64,000 nucleotides of DNA from Candidatus Bathyarchaeota archaeon (lineage in GTDB: Archaea > Thermoproteota > Bathyarchaeia > TCS64): assembly GCA_963771885.1 (NCBI GenBank), contig CAVYVF010000022.1, forward strand, positions 160,001 through 224,000, in the 5' to 3' direction. Each line of letters begins with the position of its first letter. Position 1 is the first letter of the stretch. Positions 20,742-29,970 of this stretch are shown here, piece by piece. Below the pieces are notes generated by a model that had not been told where the DNA came from, did no database searches, and worked only from the letters and a program-made list of their open reading frames with translations. The translations under genes and the position numbers were made by a program.

Positions 20742-20826
20742 GCAGGGGTTCCCGAGTGGCCAAAGGGGTCAGGCTTAGGACCTGATGGTTAGTCCTCCGT
20801 GGGTTCGAACCCCACCCCCTGCACCA
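20742..20826 (+). tRNA. tRNA-Leu(UAG), intronless, CCA encoded
   Basis: Acceptor GCAGGGG/CCCCTGC; anticodon arm TCAGG-CTTAGGA-CCTGA; long variable arm; GGTTCGAAC; upstream TTTTAAA TATA box. Confidence 0.97.
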
Positions 20827-21020
20827 TTTCCCTTTACACCCCATTAGTTAACAATTGTTTAGTGGTTGAATAGGTTGAGTGTGATTCTTGTTGGGGGGGA
20901 TTACGCGCGGGCTTCAGTTATTTTAACAGACGAAAGGATCGTTTTCACTCGCGCTCCTGCTTATGCCCCGAACCTATAATAACCACGCACCCACAGATTA
21001 TGAAAGAGTGAAATAAAAGT

Positions 21021-21143
21021 ATGCCAACGAAAAGAATGACGAAGAAGAAGGATCACAATAGAAAACCTCATAAAAAGGAGTTGAAGGGAGATAGACTTCG
21101 ACACACACCCAAAAAGGTCGAAGATGCCCCAATTACAGCTTAA
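21021..21143 (+). CDS. Possible small basic protein (40 aa)
   Basis: MPTKRMTKKKDHNRKPHKKELKG...; no homology evidence. Confidence 0.3.
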   Translation: MPTKRMTKKKDHNRKPHKKELKGDRLRHTPKKVEDAPITA

Positions 21144-21188
21144 TTCTATTAAGGATCAAATGACGCCAAGCGCGCGCAATTGGCCACA

Positions 21189-21527
21189 TCAACCAGACTC
21201 GTCCCAGATATAATCCCGAATATCAACCTCATTCTTCCGAGTCCAATTCTCGAGAACAAATTGTTTCCTCATCACCTTCCCGAGAGGATCCCAGATAATA
21301 AAACCCCCAGCCTCAGGCGAATAGGCTCGAATAATCTTCTGCTCCTCAACAACCCCCGTGTATCTATTCATCCTATACCGCTTATCAGGAGAGTAAGCGA
21401 ATATTTTATGCCAAACTATCAATAAGATGAGTACTCCTGCTAAGATGAGTAAGGCGAAATCGATTATTACATCGATAGTTGTGAGAGGATAACCCACTTG
21501 AAAATACACGAGTTTGGCGTTGCACAA
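21189..21527 (-). CDS. Hypothetical single-TM protein in the AT-rich islet
   Basis: Hydrophobic VIIDFALLILAGVLILLIVW segment. Confidence 0.55.
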   Translation of the reverse strand: MCNAKLVYFQVGYPLTTIDVIIDFALLILAGVLILLIVWHKIFAYSPDKRYRMNRYTGVVEEQKIIRAYSPEAGGFIIWDPLGKVMRKQFVLENWTRKNEVDIRDYIWDESG

Positions 21528-21600
21528 CTCCTGAACACGAGGACCGCGTTTGGTATATATTACAATCAGGTGTAAGTGAGGATAAGATTTTTTATACGTT

Positions 21601-21646
21601 AGATGAGGCTAACTGGAAAGAGTCTTGGGATTATGGTTTCTTAATG
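21601..21646. repeat. Imperfect direct repeat copy 1 (partner 22147-22193)
   Basis: AGATGAGGCTAAyyGGAAAGAGwCTT..GATTA...TTTCTTAATG; about 38 of 47 positions match. Confidence 0.8.
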
Positions 21647-21726
21647 GAGTATAAATTCACACATGCATTGTCTACTCTATAGAATGTTGAATATTCTAAA
21701 TCCTAGGATAGTACACTAAAGATCGG

Positions 21727-22152
21727 ATGAAACTTTACCAGATACTAGCTACACTCCTAATGCTCCAACTCCTAGTATTTCTGCCACCGATTAAACTATA
21801 CTCGGATTCATTTAATCAAAAATATCCCATAATTTACCCTCATTTCGATGTTGCCACTTACGGAGAAAAAGTACTCTCTCTCGCATCTACGGGCGGCATC
21901 GGCCCAGTAGTATTTCTAAGACAGGACACAGTTGGGGTTGTTATCAGTGATCTGGAGATCAGGTGGGAATACCATTATACTGCTGCTTATCTGGGAAACA
22001 CTCTTTTGGATATACTACTCATAGGTCTAGTTATCTCAACATATAGAATAGAAAACTCGGTTACTACGCATACTCTTACAAAGATACGCAGAGGGTTAGA
22101 CCATCTCATGATGAGCGCGCGCTTAGCACGCGTACGAGTTCTTGTAAGATGA
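21727..22152 (+). CDS. Hypothetical two-TM membrane protein
   Basis: N-terminal and C-proximal hydrophobic segments; AT-rich. Confidence 0.6.
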   Translation: MKLYQILATLLMLQLLVFLPPIKLYSDSFNQKYPIIYPHFDVATYGEKVLSLASTGGIGPVVFLRQDTVGVVISDLEIRWEYHYTAAYLGNTLLDILLIGLVISTYRIENSVTTHTLTKIRRGLDHLMMSARLARVRVLVR

Positions 22153-22193
22153 GGCTAATCGGAAAGAGACTTTAAGATTAAATTTTCTTAATG
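22147..22193. repeat. Imperfect direct repeat copy 2 (partner 21601-21646)
   Basis: See copy 1. Confidence 0.8.
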
Positions 22194-22236
22194 AGGCGCA
22201 TGCGTTTCCAGAATCTAATAGGGAGAGGTAATAAAA

Positions 22237-22944
22237 TTAGAGGTTTGTTTCCGCGATGATGGCTCCGCTCTGTGCATACTTGACGACCTTGACACCAATT
22301 CTACCTTCGAGCGTGTCACACATCGTCCTAATTATCAAATACATCGTCGTGGCGCCTATGTCCTGGTGCCCTCTGCTACGCTCCCCGAGGTAAGCTGCTC
22401 GCCCCTTCGTCGCCACGAGGTCGATAGTACTTTCGAGGCCGCTCTTCGCCGCGGCAACAGCCCTCCCCAGCGCTCCGATTAGGTTTACCGATGAGTCGCC
22501 AACCGACTCGTTAAGCGATTTCACAGCAGGGTCAAGGGCGTCAATTATCGTCTTCTCCCCCGGCTTCGTCCCACCGCTCATTTCAAGCATAGCTGCGTAG
22601 CCAGATGTGAAAACGGAGGCAAGAGCCACCTTATCGATATTTTTTCGTCCCTGAAGCGACGCTCCTCCCCCTGTGAAGAACATTCCATAAAGGGCACCAG
22701 CAGAACCTGCAGCTCCCTCCATCACAGCCATTCCCACCGTGTTGAGGACCTCCTCCACACTTGGGTCGTTGAGCGCAGAGACTCTCTCATGCACGAGTCG
22801 GAAGCCCCGGACCATATTGATGCCGTGGTCCGCGTCCCCTATCTCTGCGTCGAGGCTCGTCAGGTAGTCCTCGTTCGCCTCTATGACCTTTAAAATGTTG
22901 TTCATCATCCTGATGAGTGTCGAGGAGTCTATGGCGTCGACCAA
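22237..22944 (-). CDS. dhaL: Dihydroxyacetone kinase subunit L
   Basis: LDAEIGDADHG, GEKTIIDAL, ATKGRAAYLGERSRGHQDIGA. Confidence 0.93.
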   Translation of the reverse strand: MVDAIDSSTLIRMMNNILKVIEANEDYLTSLDAEIGDADHGINMVRGFRLVHERVSALNDPSVEEVLNTVGMAVMEGAAGSAGALYGMFFTGGGASLQGRKNIDKVALASVFTSGYAAMLEMSGGTKPGEKTIIDALDPAVKSLNESVGDSSVNLIGALGRAVAAAKSGLESTIDLVATKGRAAYLGERSRGHQDIGATTMYLIIRTMCDTLEGRIGVKVVKYAQSGAIIAETNL

Positions 22945-22976
22945 AGCGTCTCTGATCTCGCGGGTAGGCTAAGCCT

Positions 22977-23981
22977 TTAAAATAATATCGGGCCGGGCTG
23001 CCTGATTGCAATAGACTCGGAGGGAGCCGAAAGTAGTCTCTTAAGCTCATCATCAAGCTTAAGGAGAGTCACAGATGTGCCAGCCATCTCTAGGCTCGAC
23101 ATGAACTCGCCGATCCATGAGACATGTATCTTCACCCCTCTCTCTGCGAGGTTCTTGTTGACGCGCCTGTAAAAGATCAGTTTCTCCATAATGGGTGTGC
23201 CCCCGTTGCCCTGCACGAGGACGACGACCTCGTCCCCTTGAATTAGCCCGAGGTCATTCGCGCATGCATCGGTGAGGGTGTCTGCCGCGTCGTCGGCAGT
23301 CATCATCTTGACCCGCTTCACACCACGCTCGCCGTGTATACCTGTGCCGAGCTCCATCTCGTCGTCCGCCAGCTCGAAGCTGGGCTTCCCCGCTCGGGGA
23401 ATGGTGCAGGGTGTGATGGCGCATCCCATCGATCGGACGTTGGCGATGGTCTTCTGGGCTACCGCCTTGACCTCTTCGAGTGTGGCGCCCTCCTCCGCTT
23501 TTGCGCCGGCGCACTTGTGGACTAGAACAGTCCCTGCTACGCCGCGGCGCATCTCCGGTTTCTCTATCGCGACATCGTCGTTTACGATGACCCATTCGGT
23601 CTTTATTCCGCTGGTACGCGCCATCTGTGCGGCGGTGCGGAAGTTCATCACGTCTCCATTGTAGTTCTTGATGATGAGAAGTGTCCCGATTCCTCCGTTG
23701 ACTGCCTTTATTGCAGCCAGTACCTGTGGGACAGGGGGTGATGTGAATACCTCGCCACAGCATGCTGCTGATAGCATCCCCTTTCCCACATAGCCCGCGT
23801 GAGCAGGCTCGTGTCCACTCCCTCCGCCGCTCACAAGAGCCACCTTCCCCTTCACTGGTGCGTCCGGCCTCAAGATGTTGTTCCAGTTAGGCATCTTCGC
23901 CGCCAACGAGGGGTAGGCAAGCACCATGCCCTCGAGCATCTCCTGGACCTCATCGCCGGGTCTGTTGATCAGCTTTTTCAA
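22977..23981 (-). CDS. dhaK: Dihydroxyacetone kinase subunit K
   Basis: SGGGSGHEPAHAG, KNYNGD, GIHGERG. Confidence 0.95.
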   Translation of the reverse strand: MKKLINRPGDEVQEMLEGMVLAYPSLAAKMPNWNNILRPDAPVKGKVALVSGGGSGHEPAHAGYVGKGMLSAACCGEVFTSPPVPQVLAAIKAVNGGIGTLLIIKNYNGDVMNFRTAAQMARTSGIKTEWVIVNDDVAIEKPEMRRGVAGTVLVHKCAGAKAEEGATLEEVKAVAQKTIANVRSMGCAITPCTIPRAGKPSFELADDEMELGTGIHGERGVKRVKMMTADDAADTLTDACANDLGLIQGDEVVVLVQGNGGTPIMEKLIFYRRVNKNLAERGVKIHVSWIGEFMSSLEMAGTSVTLLKLDDELKRLLSAPSESIAIRQPGPILF

Positions 23982-24126
23982 CGTTTAAACACCGAGTAAG
24001 AGACCATTCGTGAGCACATATATTAAATCCAACACGTGACGCGCGTCGGTTCGATCTGCATTGTCTCCATGCAGCCTCTCCTTTGCGGGGGTGCATCTTT
24101 ATCACTTCACGGAGAGTTATTCACTT

Positions 24127-24759
24127 ATGTCGACGAGGATACTCCCGGCGATAATCGCCTCCACCCAGGAGGAACTCGACGGGATGTTTACCCGCCTCGA
24201 GGGTAAAGTCGAGTGGGTCATGCTAGACCTAATGGACGGGGCTTTCGTCTCCACAAAGGCGCTCATGTTCCCCTTTAGACTCAGGAAGGGCCTTCGCTAC
24301 GAAGCGCATCTCATGGTCAAGAGACCCCTCGACTACCTGCCCGCCCTCAAGGGCATAGTCGAGGCGGTGATCATCCATGTAGAGTCAGACAACTTCCATA
24401 AGGCACTCACGAAAGCGCGTAGCCTCGGATTCGAGGTAGCCGCAGCCATAAACCCCGGCACATCACTACAAAAGCTGGAGCCACACCTCAAGGAAATCGA
24501 CAGGGTCCTCGTTATGACCGTCGAACCTGGAAGATACGGTGCACCTTTCGTTCCAGCCACGCTGGAGACCGTGAAGAAGCTCAAGGTAACAGCCCCTAGC
24601 CTACCCGTCGAGGTCGATGGCGCAATGAATCCCGAGAACGCCAGGAAGGCACGCGTAGCTGGCGCCACAATCTTCGCTTCAGGGAGCTACCTCATGAAGT
24701 CATCGGATTTAAAGGCAGCATTAAAGACCCTGAAAGAGGCGATCAGTGATATAGCGTGA
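24127..24759 (+). CDS. rpe: Ribulose-phosphate 3-epimerase family
   Basis: LDLMDGAFV, EAHLMV, VMTVEPG, EVDGAM. Confidence 0.9.
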   Translation: MSTRILPAIIASTQEELDGMFTRLEGKVEWVMLDLMDGAFVSTKALMFPFRLRKGLRYEAHLMVKRPLDYLPALKGIVEAVIIHVESDNFHKALTKARSLGFEVAAAINPGTSLQKLEPHLKEIDRVLVMTVEPGRYGAPFVPATLETVKKLKVTAPSLPVEVDGAMNPENARKARVAGATIFASGSYLMKSSDLKAALKTLKEAISDIA

Positions 24760-24958
24760 GAATTGCTCCTTCCTGGTGTAGTTTGTTACTTCGTTGAATT
24801 TCTAGTCAAGATTGGGTCTAGGTAGTCGTTTTATTAAATCATATGCCGAGTTGACACAGGAGACTTACAAACGGCGCGAGTGACCACCTCAATGCGCGCG
24901 CGCATGTTAGATCGCTACGAAACCGTATTGCGCGTGCGCTGGGAAGTGCACATCTGGA

Positions 24959-25910
24959 TTAGGGAAGAGGTATTGTCCCCGCGACCCTGAGCCTGCCGCC
25001 GTCGAGGTAGACGAGCACGGCACGAGCCCCCGTAGGGTGAACTAGGGGACGTTCAAGTGTGATCCTTAACTCGGGCTTCCTGTCGCCTGTGTCTGTGATC
25101 TTTGTTACTCTGGCGAGGTTGAGTTGGAGCCAGTGACCTAGGTGGAGCGTGCTGCCCTCGTGGAGTTGCGCTTGGAAGAATGGTATCATATCCGCCTTAG
25201 CCGATATGGTCGTTGTCTGCATTAGTTCCGCTCCGGTGAGAACAGTACCCCTATCGATGTCCTCCGCCTCTACCCCCTTGAGGGCGATGCCGACGTGGTC
25301 TCCAGCCTCCGCGGATTCAAAGTCCTCGTCATGCTTCTGAATATTTCTGACCTCGGCCACCTTATCCCCTGGGAGAACCTTGAGTTGGTCGTGCTTCTTG
25401 ACGGTGCCACTCTTGATGTTTGCGAGGGCGACGGTGCCGATTCCTCGGACGTTGAAGGCAGCGTCGACGGTTAGCGTACCCGGCCTGGGCTGGGGCTGCT
25501 TCGGCGCCTCAGCCAGGGCGATGAGCCTGTCCCTCAGCTTCATCGGGTCGTCCTCCATCACCGTGTAACTCTCAAGAACAGTGCCCTTCCTCAGCGCTTT
25601 GAGTTGGTCCTCGGTGATATAGTTACGGAGCACTATCGTGCCCTCCTTTACGCCACAAGCGTTGATCATGAGGAGGCTCTCGCCGAAGTACTGGTCGAAT
25701 CTTTTCGGCCACGAGGACGGCGTGCTCCCCGAAGGCAGCAGAGTAGTAGAGGCTCTGTATCTTCTCAGGGTACCGGCTCGGCTCGACCATGGTGACGACT
25801 GTCTCACTCTTCTTCAGGTCGTAGAACGTTACGTCTGTCTCGCCGCTCTTCTTCCCGAGCTGCTTGGCGTATCCGGGGCTGCCTATGACTGAGGCGTTGA
25901 GGCTGGGCAC
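24959..25910 (-). CDS. Archaeal SelB-like/EF-Tu-domain protein with degenerate G domain, frameshifted near 25705
   Basis: LGKKSGETDVTFY, YPEKIQSL, VDAAFNVRGIGTVAL, IQKHD, GIALKG. Confidence 0.8.
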
Positions 25911-25988
25911 ATTGGCTGAGGACTGCGAGGCGGTTTATATGGGTTGAGGATGGGCTAGGCTTAAATCACATCCCTCACCGGGTATCTC

Positions 25989-26201
25989 TTGATAGCATTG
26001 GGCAAGATTGATAAGGGCCAGAAATGTACGGTCAGGAACTGCAAGAACGACGCAGTGCGCTCAGTCAACGTTGCCAAGGCGAAGGTCGCCGGCCTCGACG
26101 TCGAGGGTAAGAACGCATACGTCTGCGAGGAGCACTACAAGCAGTTCAAGAAGGGAAACAAGAAGTCAGATCAGATAGAGAAGTGGCGCCACCCGCTCTA
26201 G
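25989..26201 (+). CDS. Small zinc-finger-like hypothetical protein
   Basis: CTVRNC...VCEEHY pattern; basic. Confidence 0.75.
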   Translation: MIALGKIDKGQKCTVRNCKNDAVRSVNVAKAKVAGLDVEGKNAYVCEEHYKQFKKGNKKSDQIEKWRHPL

Positions 26202-27655
26202 ACGCTGAACTTTGGGCGCTGCTGTAGGTACCGTGGGACCGGCAACGGGCGCCACGGCTTGTCGCCAACGACGCCCTTGATCTCCGCGGCGAGGTCCGCG
26301 GGAGAGTACTCTGAAAGCTTCCCCGTCTCCCTGACGCGTACGGGTATCTTCTCCTTCCCCGCCTCCTTCTCGCCGATGACGAGGGTGTAGGGTATCCATT
26401 CCTTCTCGGAGTCCCTAATCTTCTTCCCCACGGACTCGTCCCTGTTGTCGACGTCGACCCTGATCATTTCAGACTCAATAGAGGCGGCGATCTTGTCGGC
26501 TGCGCCGAGGTAATCCTGGCTGACAGGGATAACTCGGACCTGTGTTGGCTGGAGCCAGAGAGGGAGCATGGGGCGCTTGCCGACCTTCATGTCGAATGCA
26601 GCCTTCTCGAGAAGGGCGTAGATGTCCCTCTCTATGGCGCCGCTGGGGCTGCAGTGGAGGATGTAGGGGTGCTTGGTGGTGCCGTCCTCCTCCATGAACT
26701 TGATATCATAGCGCTCACCGTTCTCCACGTCGATCTGGTCGGTACTCAACGCTGACGCCTTGTCGAGGTTGTCGACGAAGTTCCTCTCCCACTTCAAGAT
26801 GAAATAGAAGATGCGCTCATGCCACATCTCAACGAGGACCGGCTTGCCGTGGGTCTTGACGAGGTTTACGACGAAGTCCTTGTTGTTCTGCCAGAACTCC
26901 TCGGTTAGGCGGACGCCGAGCTCGTAGTCGCTGTTGTGGATGCCTATGCCCTCGAGGACGTTGGCGCTCATGTTGAATCGGACCATGAATTCCTCCTTCG
27001 CCTGCTCGAGATCGCGGCACATTGCGTGCACATCAGGCATGGTGAAGCTGCGTAGCCTACGGAGCCCGGTGAGCTCCCCCTTCTGCTCCCTGCGGAAGCT
27101 GTAGCGAGTCAACTCGTAGATCTTCAGGGGGAGATTCTTGTAGCTGATGGTGGCGTCCTTTGCCATCAGGAACTGGCCGAAGCAAGCGGCGAAGCGGAGG
27201 AAGTACTTGTCGTCGTCCGACTCGATGGTGTACTGGCGGGCGGGGAAGCGGTTGAGGTAGTTCGCGAGGGTCGGGTGGTTAAGGTTATACATGATGGGAG
27301 TCTCGACCTCCATGCCGCCGTACCTGCCGACCTCCCTAGAGACGTACTCCTCGAGCAGCGCCTTAATCATCCTGCCCTTGGGGTAGAAGCGCATGTTCCC
27401 TGGGTCGCTGGCAGGCTCGTAGTCGACGAGCTCAAGCGCCTTCATCATCGTGACGTGTGGGGGCTCCTGCTTGACAGTCCTGTCCTTGTCGACCTCGTAG
27501 CCCGCGAACTTACGCAGGTTGTCGCGGCCCTTAAAGTTGAACTTATCAATTTCATGCAGGTTGCCCTCGGTGTCGAGGATGTACCAGTGTGACTTGAGCT
27601 TCTCCTCCGCCTTAAGGGCGGCTGAGACTACCTCTTCCTTCTTCTTTTCAGCCAT
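26198..27655 (-). CDS. thrS: Threonyl-tRNA synthetase, archaeal type, without the N-terminal editing domain
   Basis: [30 protein letters not shown] and anticodon-binding domain; starts at the linker [16 protein letters not shown]. Confidence 0.95.
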   Translation of the reverse strand: MAEKKKEEVVSAALKAEEKLKSHWYILDTEGNLHEIDKFNFKGRDNLRKFAGYEVDKDRTVKQEPPHVTMMKALELVDYEPASDPGNMRFYPKGRMIKALLEEYVSREVGRYGGMEVETPIMYNLNHPTLANYLNRFPARQYTIESDDDKYFLRFAACFGQFLMAKDATISYKNLPLKIYELTRYSFRREQKGELTGLRRLRSFTMPDVHAMCRDLEQAKEEFMVRFNMSANVLEGIGIHNSDYELGVRLTEEFWQNNKDFVVNLVKTHGKPVLVEMWHERIFYFILKWERNFVDNLDKASALSTDQIDVENGERYDIKFMEEDGTTKHPYILHCSPSGAIERDIYALLEKAAFDMKVGKRPMLPLWLQPTQVRVIPVSQDYLGAADKIAASIESEMIRVDVDNRDESVGKKIRDSEKEWIPYTLVIGEKEAGKEKIPVRVRETGKLSEYSPADLAAEIKGVVGDKPWRPLPVPRYLQQRPKFSV

Positions 27656-27795
27656 TGTTTATGCCTTCCAGTTGGAGGCGGCGACCACTAACCCTTTTTT
27701 AGGTTGCTTCCTTAGAATCTCGGGGGAGCGTCTGGGGTTGCTCAGGGCCTTGCGGCCTAACCTGTTTGGCGGGCGGTCACCGCGCTCTCCTCTGA
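27656..27795 (-). promoter_or_regulatory. Structured 5' leader of thrS (candidate cis-regulatory RNA)
   Basis: GC-rich helices, a GCAA tetraloop and alternative pairings, downstream of a TTAAAAA TATA-like box at 27818-27824. Confidence 0.6.
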
Positions 27796-27820
27796 ACATC
27801 AACGGTGAGGAGGATTGTTT

Positions 27821-28504
27821 TTAACCTTTATGTGCTTTGGGGGCGAGGTGAGCACCTTTCACGGCGTAGGTGCCGCTCGTGCCCTCCCAGACCACCTCGG
27901 CCTCATCGATGACGAGCCTCTCCTTGAACCAAGGAGCGTCGACGACCAGGCTCTCGTACTCACCGCCCTCACCACAGACATTAATGCCATACTTTTCACC
28001 CAGCTTCGCCAACTCCACCGCCGCGGCCTCATCGATCCTCCTGCCGAGCCAGCTCTTGTCTAGCCCGTTGGCGGCTACGTGGACCATGACAATCTCCATC
28101 CCCGACGCTATCTCGTCATCAAGAACCTCCCGCGGGCTCCTCCCCCAGAGCGGTGAGAGGTGGCTTATCCCGAGTTCGTTACAAACCCTATTGACTCTGT
28201 CGCGCTGATAAGTCGAGGCTATTGCGCCGGTAACGACACCCTCCACGTCGAGTAGCTCGATCAGGCTCTTCAACTCGTCGACCTCCTTCTCCTTCTCACC
28301 GCTGCTGGGGGCTGAGGTGAGTGGCTTGCCCAGCGCCTCGGCGATGAGGGGGGTGAGGTGGATGTTAACGCCGTGGAACATGTAGCTGTCCCCACGGGCG
28401 GGGCACATACTTGCGAATATGGAGACCTCGTGCCCCCCCTTCTCCACGAGGTGGGCCGCGTATGTGCTGTCCTTCCCCCCGGAGAACAGAGCAGCCAGCT
28501 TCAT
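27821..28504 (-). CDS. Diphthine-ammonia ligase (Dph6)-family PP-loop ATPase
   Basis: LFSGGKDS, DSYMFH, CGEGGEYES. Confidence 0.92.
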   Translation of the reverse strand: MKLAALFSGGKDSTYAAHLVEKGGHEVSIFASMCPARGDSYMFHGVNIHLTPLIAEALGKPLTSAPSSGEKEKEVDELKSLIELLDVEGVVTGAIASTYQRDRVNRVCNELGISHLSPLWGRSPREVLDDEIASGMEIVMVHVAANGLDKSWLGRRIDEAAAVELAKLGEKYGINVCGEGGEYESLVVDAPWFKERLVIDEAEVVWEGTSGTYAVKGAHLAPKAHKG

Positions 28505-28574
28505 GGTTGGAAAAGGGTCGCCGAGTCTTTATTAGATGTAGTGCGTGGAATTAGGCTTCACTTGTTGGAGGAAG

Positions 28575-29882
28575 TTAGTAGGCTTCCTTCTTGTCGGCGT
28601 CGTACCTCTCGTACTCCTTGTTGTCGACGATGGCCTTAAGGTGCTGTACAACCTGCCAGATCTCCTGGTATGAAGTGTAAAGAGGGATTGGGCTGAGGCG
28701 TATCGTCGTCGGCGGTCGGAAGTCAGGTGGGACGCCACGGGCGGTGAGCGCCTCGCAGATGCGGCGCGCCTCCCTATGCTCGCAGGCGACGTGTCCGCCG
28801 CGCCTCTCGGCTTCTCGGGGGTTGCCGACGCTGAAGTTGTAGGGCTTCTTCGTGAGCTGCTCGTCGATGAGGTACATAAGGTACTCAGTAGCCTTGAGGC
28901 TCTTCTCCCGTATCCTGTCGAGTCCCGCCTCGACTATCATCTTGCTGCTGGCGTAGACTGGGGCAACGCCGAAGCCTATGCTGAGGTTGCTGCCGAGGTG
29001 CCATGAGGCGGCGTTGCCCGTTGGGGTCCACTCCTGCTTGAAGTCGAACCTGTTGCCGGGGTTATTACCCCACCATGTGGGTAGGCCGGGGGTCTCCTTG
29101 AAGTGGTCGCGGTGGACGTAGAGGCCCGCGATGGCGCCGGTGCTGCCATTCATGTATTTGTAGTTGCACCAGAGGGCGTAGTCGACGCCCCAATCATGGA
29201 ACCTGTGAGGTACGACGCCAACGCTGTGACAGCAGTCGTAGCCTATGATGATGCCGTGGTCGTGAGCCGTTTTGGTGAGGCGCTTGATGTCGAGGAGCTG
29301 GCCACTGACGAAGTATACGCTTGGAAGGTGACAGACACTCACCTCGTCACTCATGGCGGCGATAATGTCCTCCTCGGCGATGGTTCGCCCGTCGCGGCTC
29401 TTCACGATTACAAGGTCATTCTCGGGGTCCCTGCCCCTAAGACGGACGTCGCCGGCGAGTGCGTAGATGTCGCTGCTAAAGTTTAACTCGTCCGCGAGTA
29501 TCTTCGTCCTCTTGCCCCTGGGTTTGTAGAACGTTGTGACGAGGGCGTGGATGTTGACGGATGCCCCGCCGGTTACAATGACCTCCTCCTTCTCGGCTCC
29601 GACGAGTTTCGCCTGCAGTTCGGCGGTCTTTTTATCGATGCCGCTCCTGCGAGCAGTGAGGTTCTTCCACCTCTCGAACTCCTCCTTGAGTTCTTCCTCG
29701 GCGTCCTTTGAGGCGAGGCCGAGGCTATTGCCGTCCATGTATATGATGGGCTTGACGGACTTTGTTTTCCCGTCCATGCCAAGGCTCTCCCTCTCAGGGA
29801 TGTAGAACCTCTTCTTGTAAGCTGCTAGTGGATTGGCCTTGTCGAGCTTCTTGGCAAAGTCGAGGTCGGTCTTGTATTCCAT
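28575..29882 (-). CDS. kynU: Kynureninase
   Basis: YMDGNSLG, DCCHSVG, WCNYKYMNG, RRGGHV, DFRPP. Confidence 0.9.
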   Translation of the reverse strand: MEYKTDLDFAKKLDKANPLAAYKKRFYIPERESLGMDGKTKSVKPIIYMDGNSLGLASKDAEEELKEEFERWKNLTARRSGIDKKTAELQAKLVGAEKEEVIVTGGASVNIHALVTTFYKPRGKRTKILADELNFSSDIYALAGDVRLRGRDPENDLVIVKSRDGRTIAEEDIIAAMSDEVSVCHLPSVYFVSGQLLDIKRLTKTAHDHGIIIGYDCCHSVGVVPHRFHDWGVDYALWCNYKYMNGSTGAIAGLYVHRDHFKETPGLPTWWGNNPGNRFDFKQEWTPTGNAASWHLGSNLSIGFGVAPVYASSKMIVEAGLDRIREKSLKATEYLMYLIDEQLTKKPYNFSVGNPREAERRGGHVACEHREARRICEALTARGVPPDFRPPTTIRLSPIPLYTSYQEIWQVVQHLKAIVDNKEYERYDADKKEAY

Positions 29883-29944
29883 TGAGATCGTTTGATGGTC
29901 GGTTCTGCGCTTATATTACCTGTCTTTTCTCCACCACTTTTATA

Positions 29945-29962
29945 AGACCGTCCGGTCGGTCT
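29945..29962. promoter_or_regulatory. Near-perfect palindrome, probable TetR operator
   Basis: AGACCGTCCGGTCGGTCT, directly after TTTATAA and before the TetR start. Confidence 0.8.
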
Positions 29963-29970
29963 GATTATTA

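Noticed and set aside
20800..22236. Intact tRNA-targeted island with a duplicated tRNA 3' end
   Set aside because: No second copy of the tRNA-Leu 3' end and no integrase nearby; only an eroded islet is supported.
27700..27795. Resemblance of the thrS leader to a glycine riboswitch (GGAGAG...CCGCC), SRP RNA (AAGGAAGCA) or a canonical T-box
   Set aside because: The core consensus elements are missing (CCGAAG and CUCUCAGG with P1; the SRP helix 8 GGAA loop; the UGGNACC bulge). Kept only as an unclassified structured leader.
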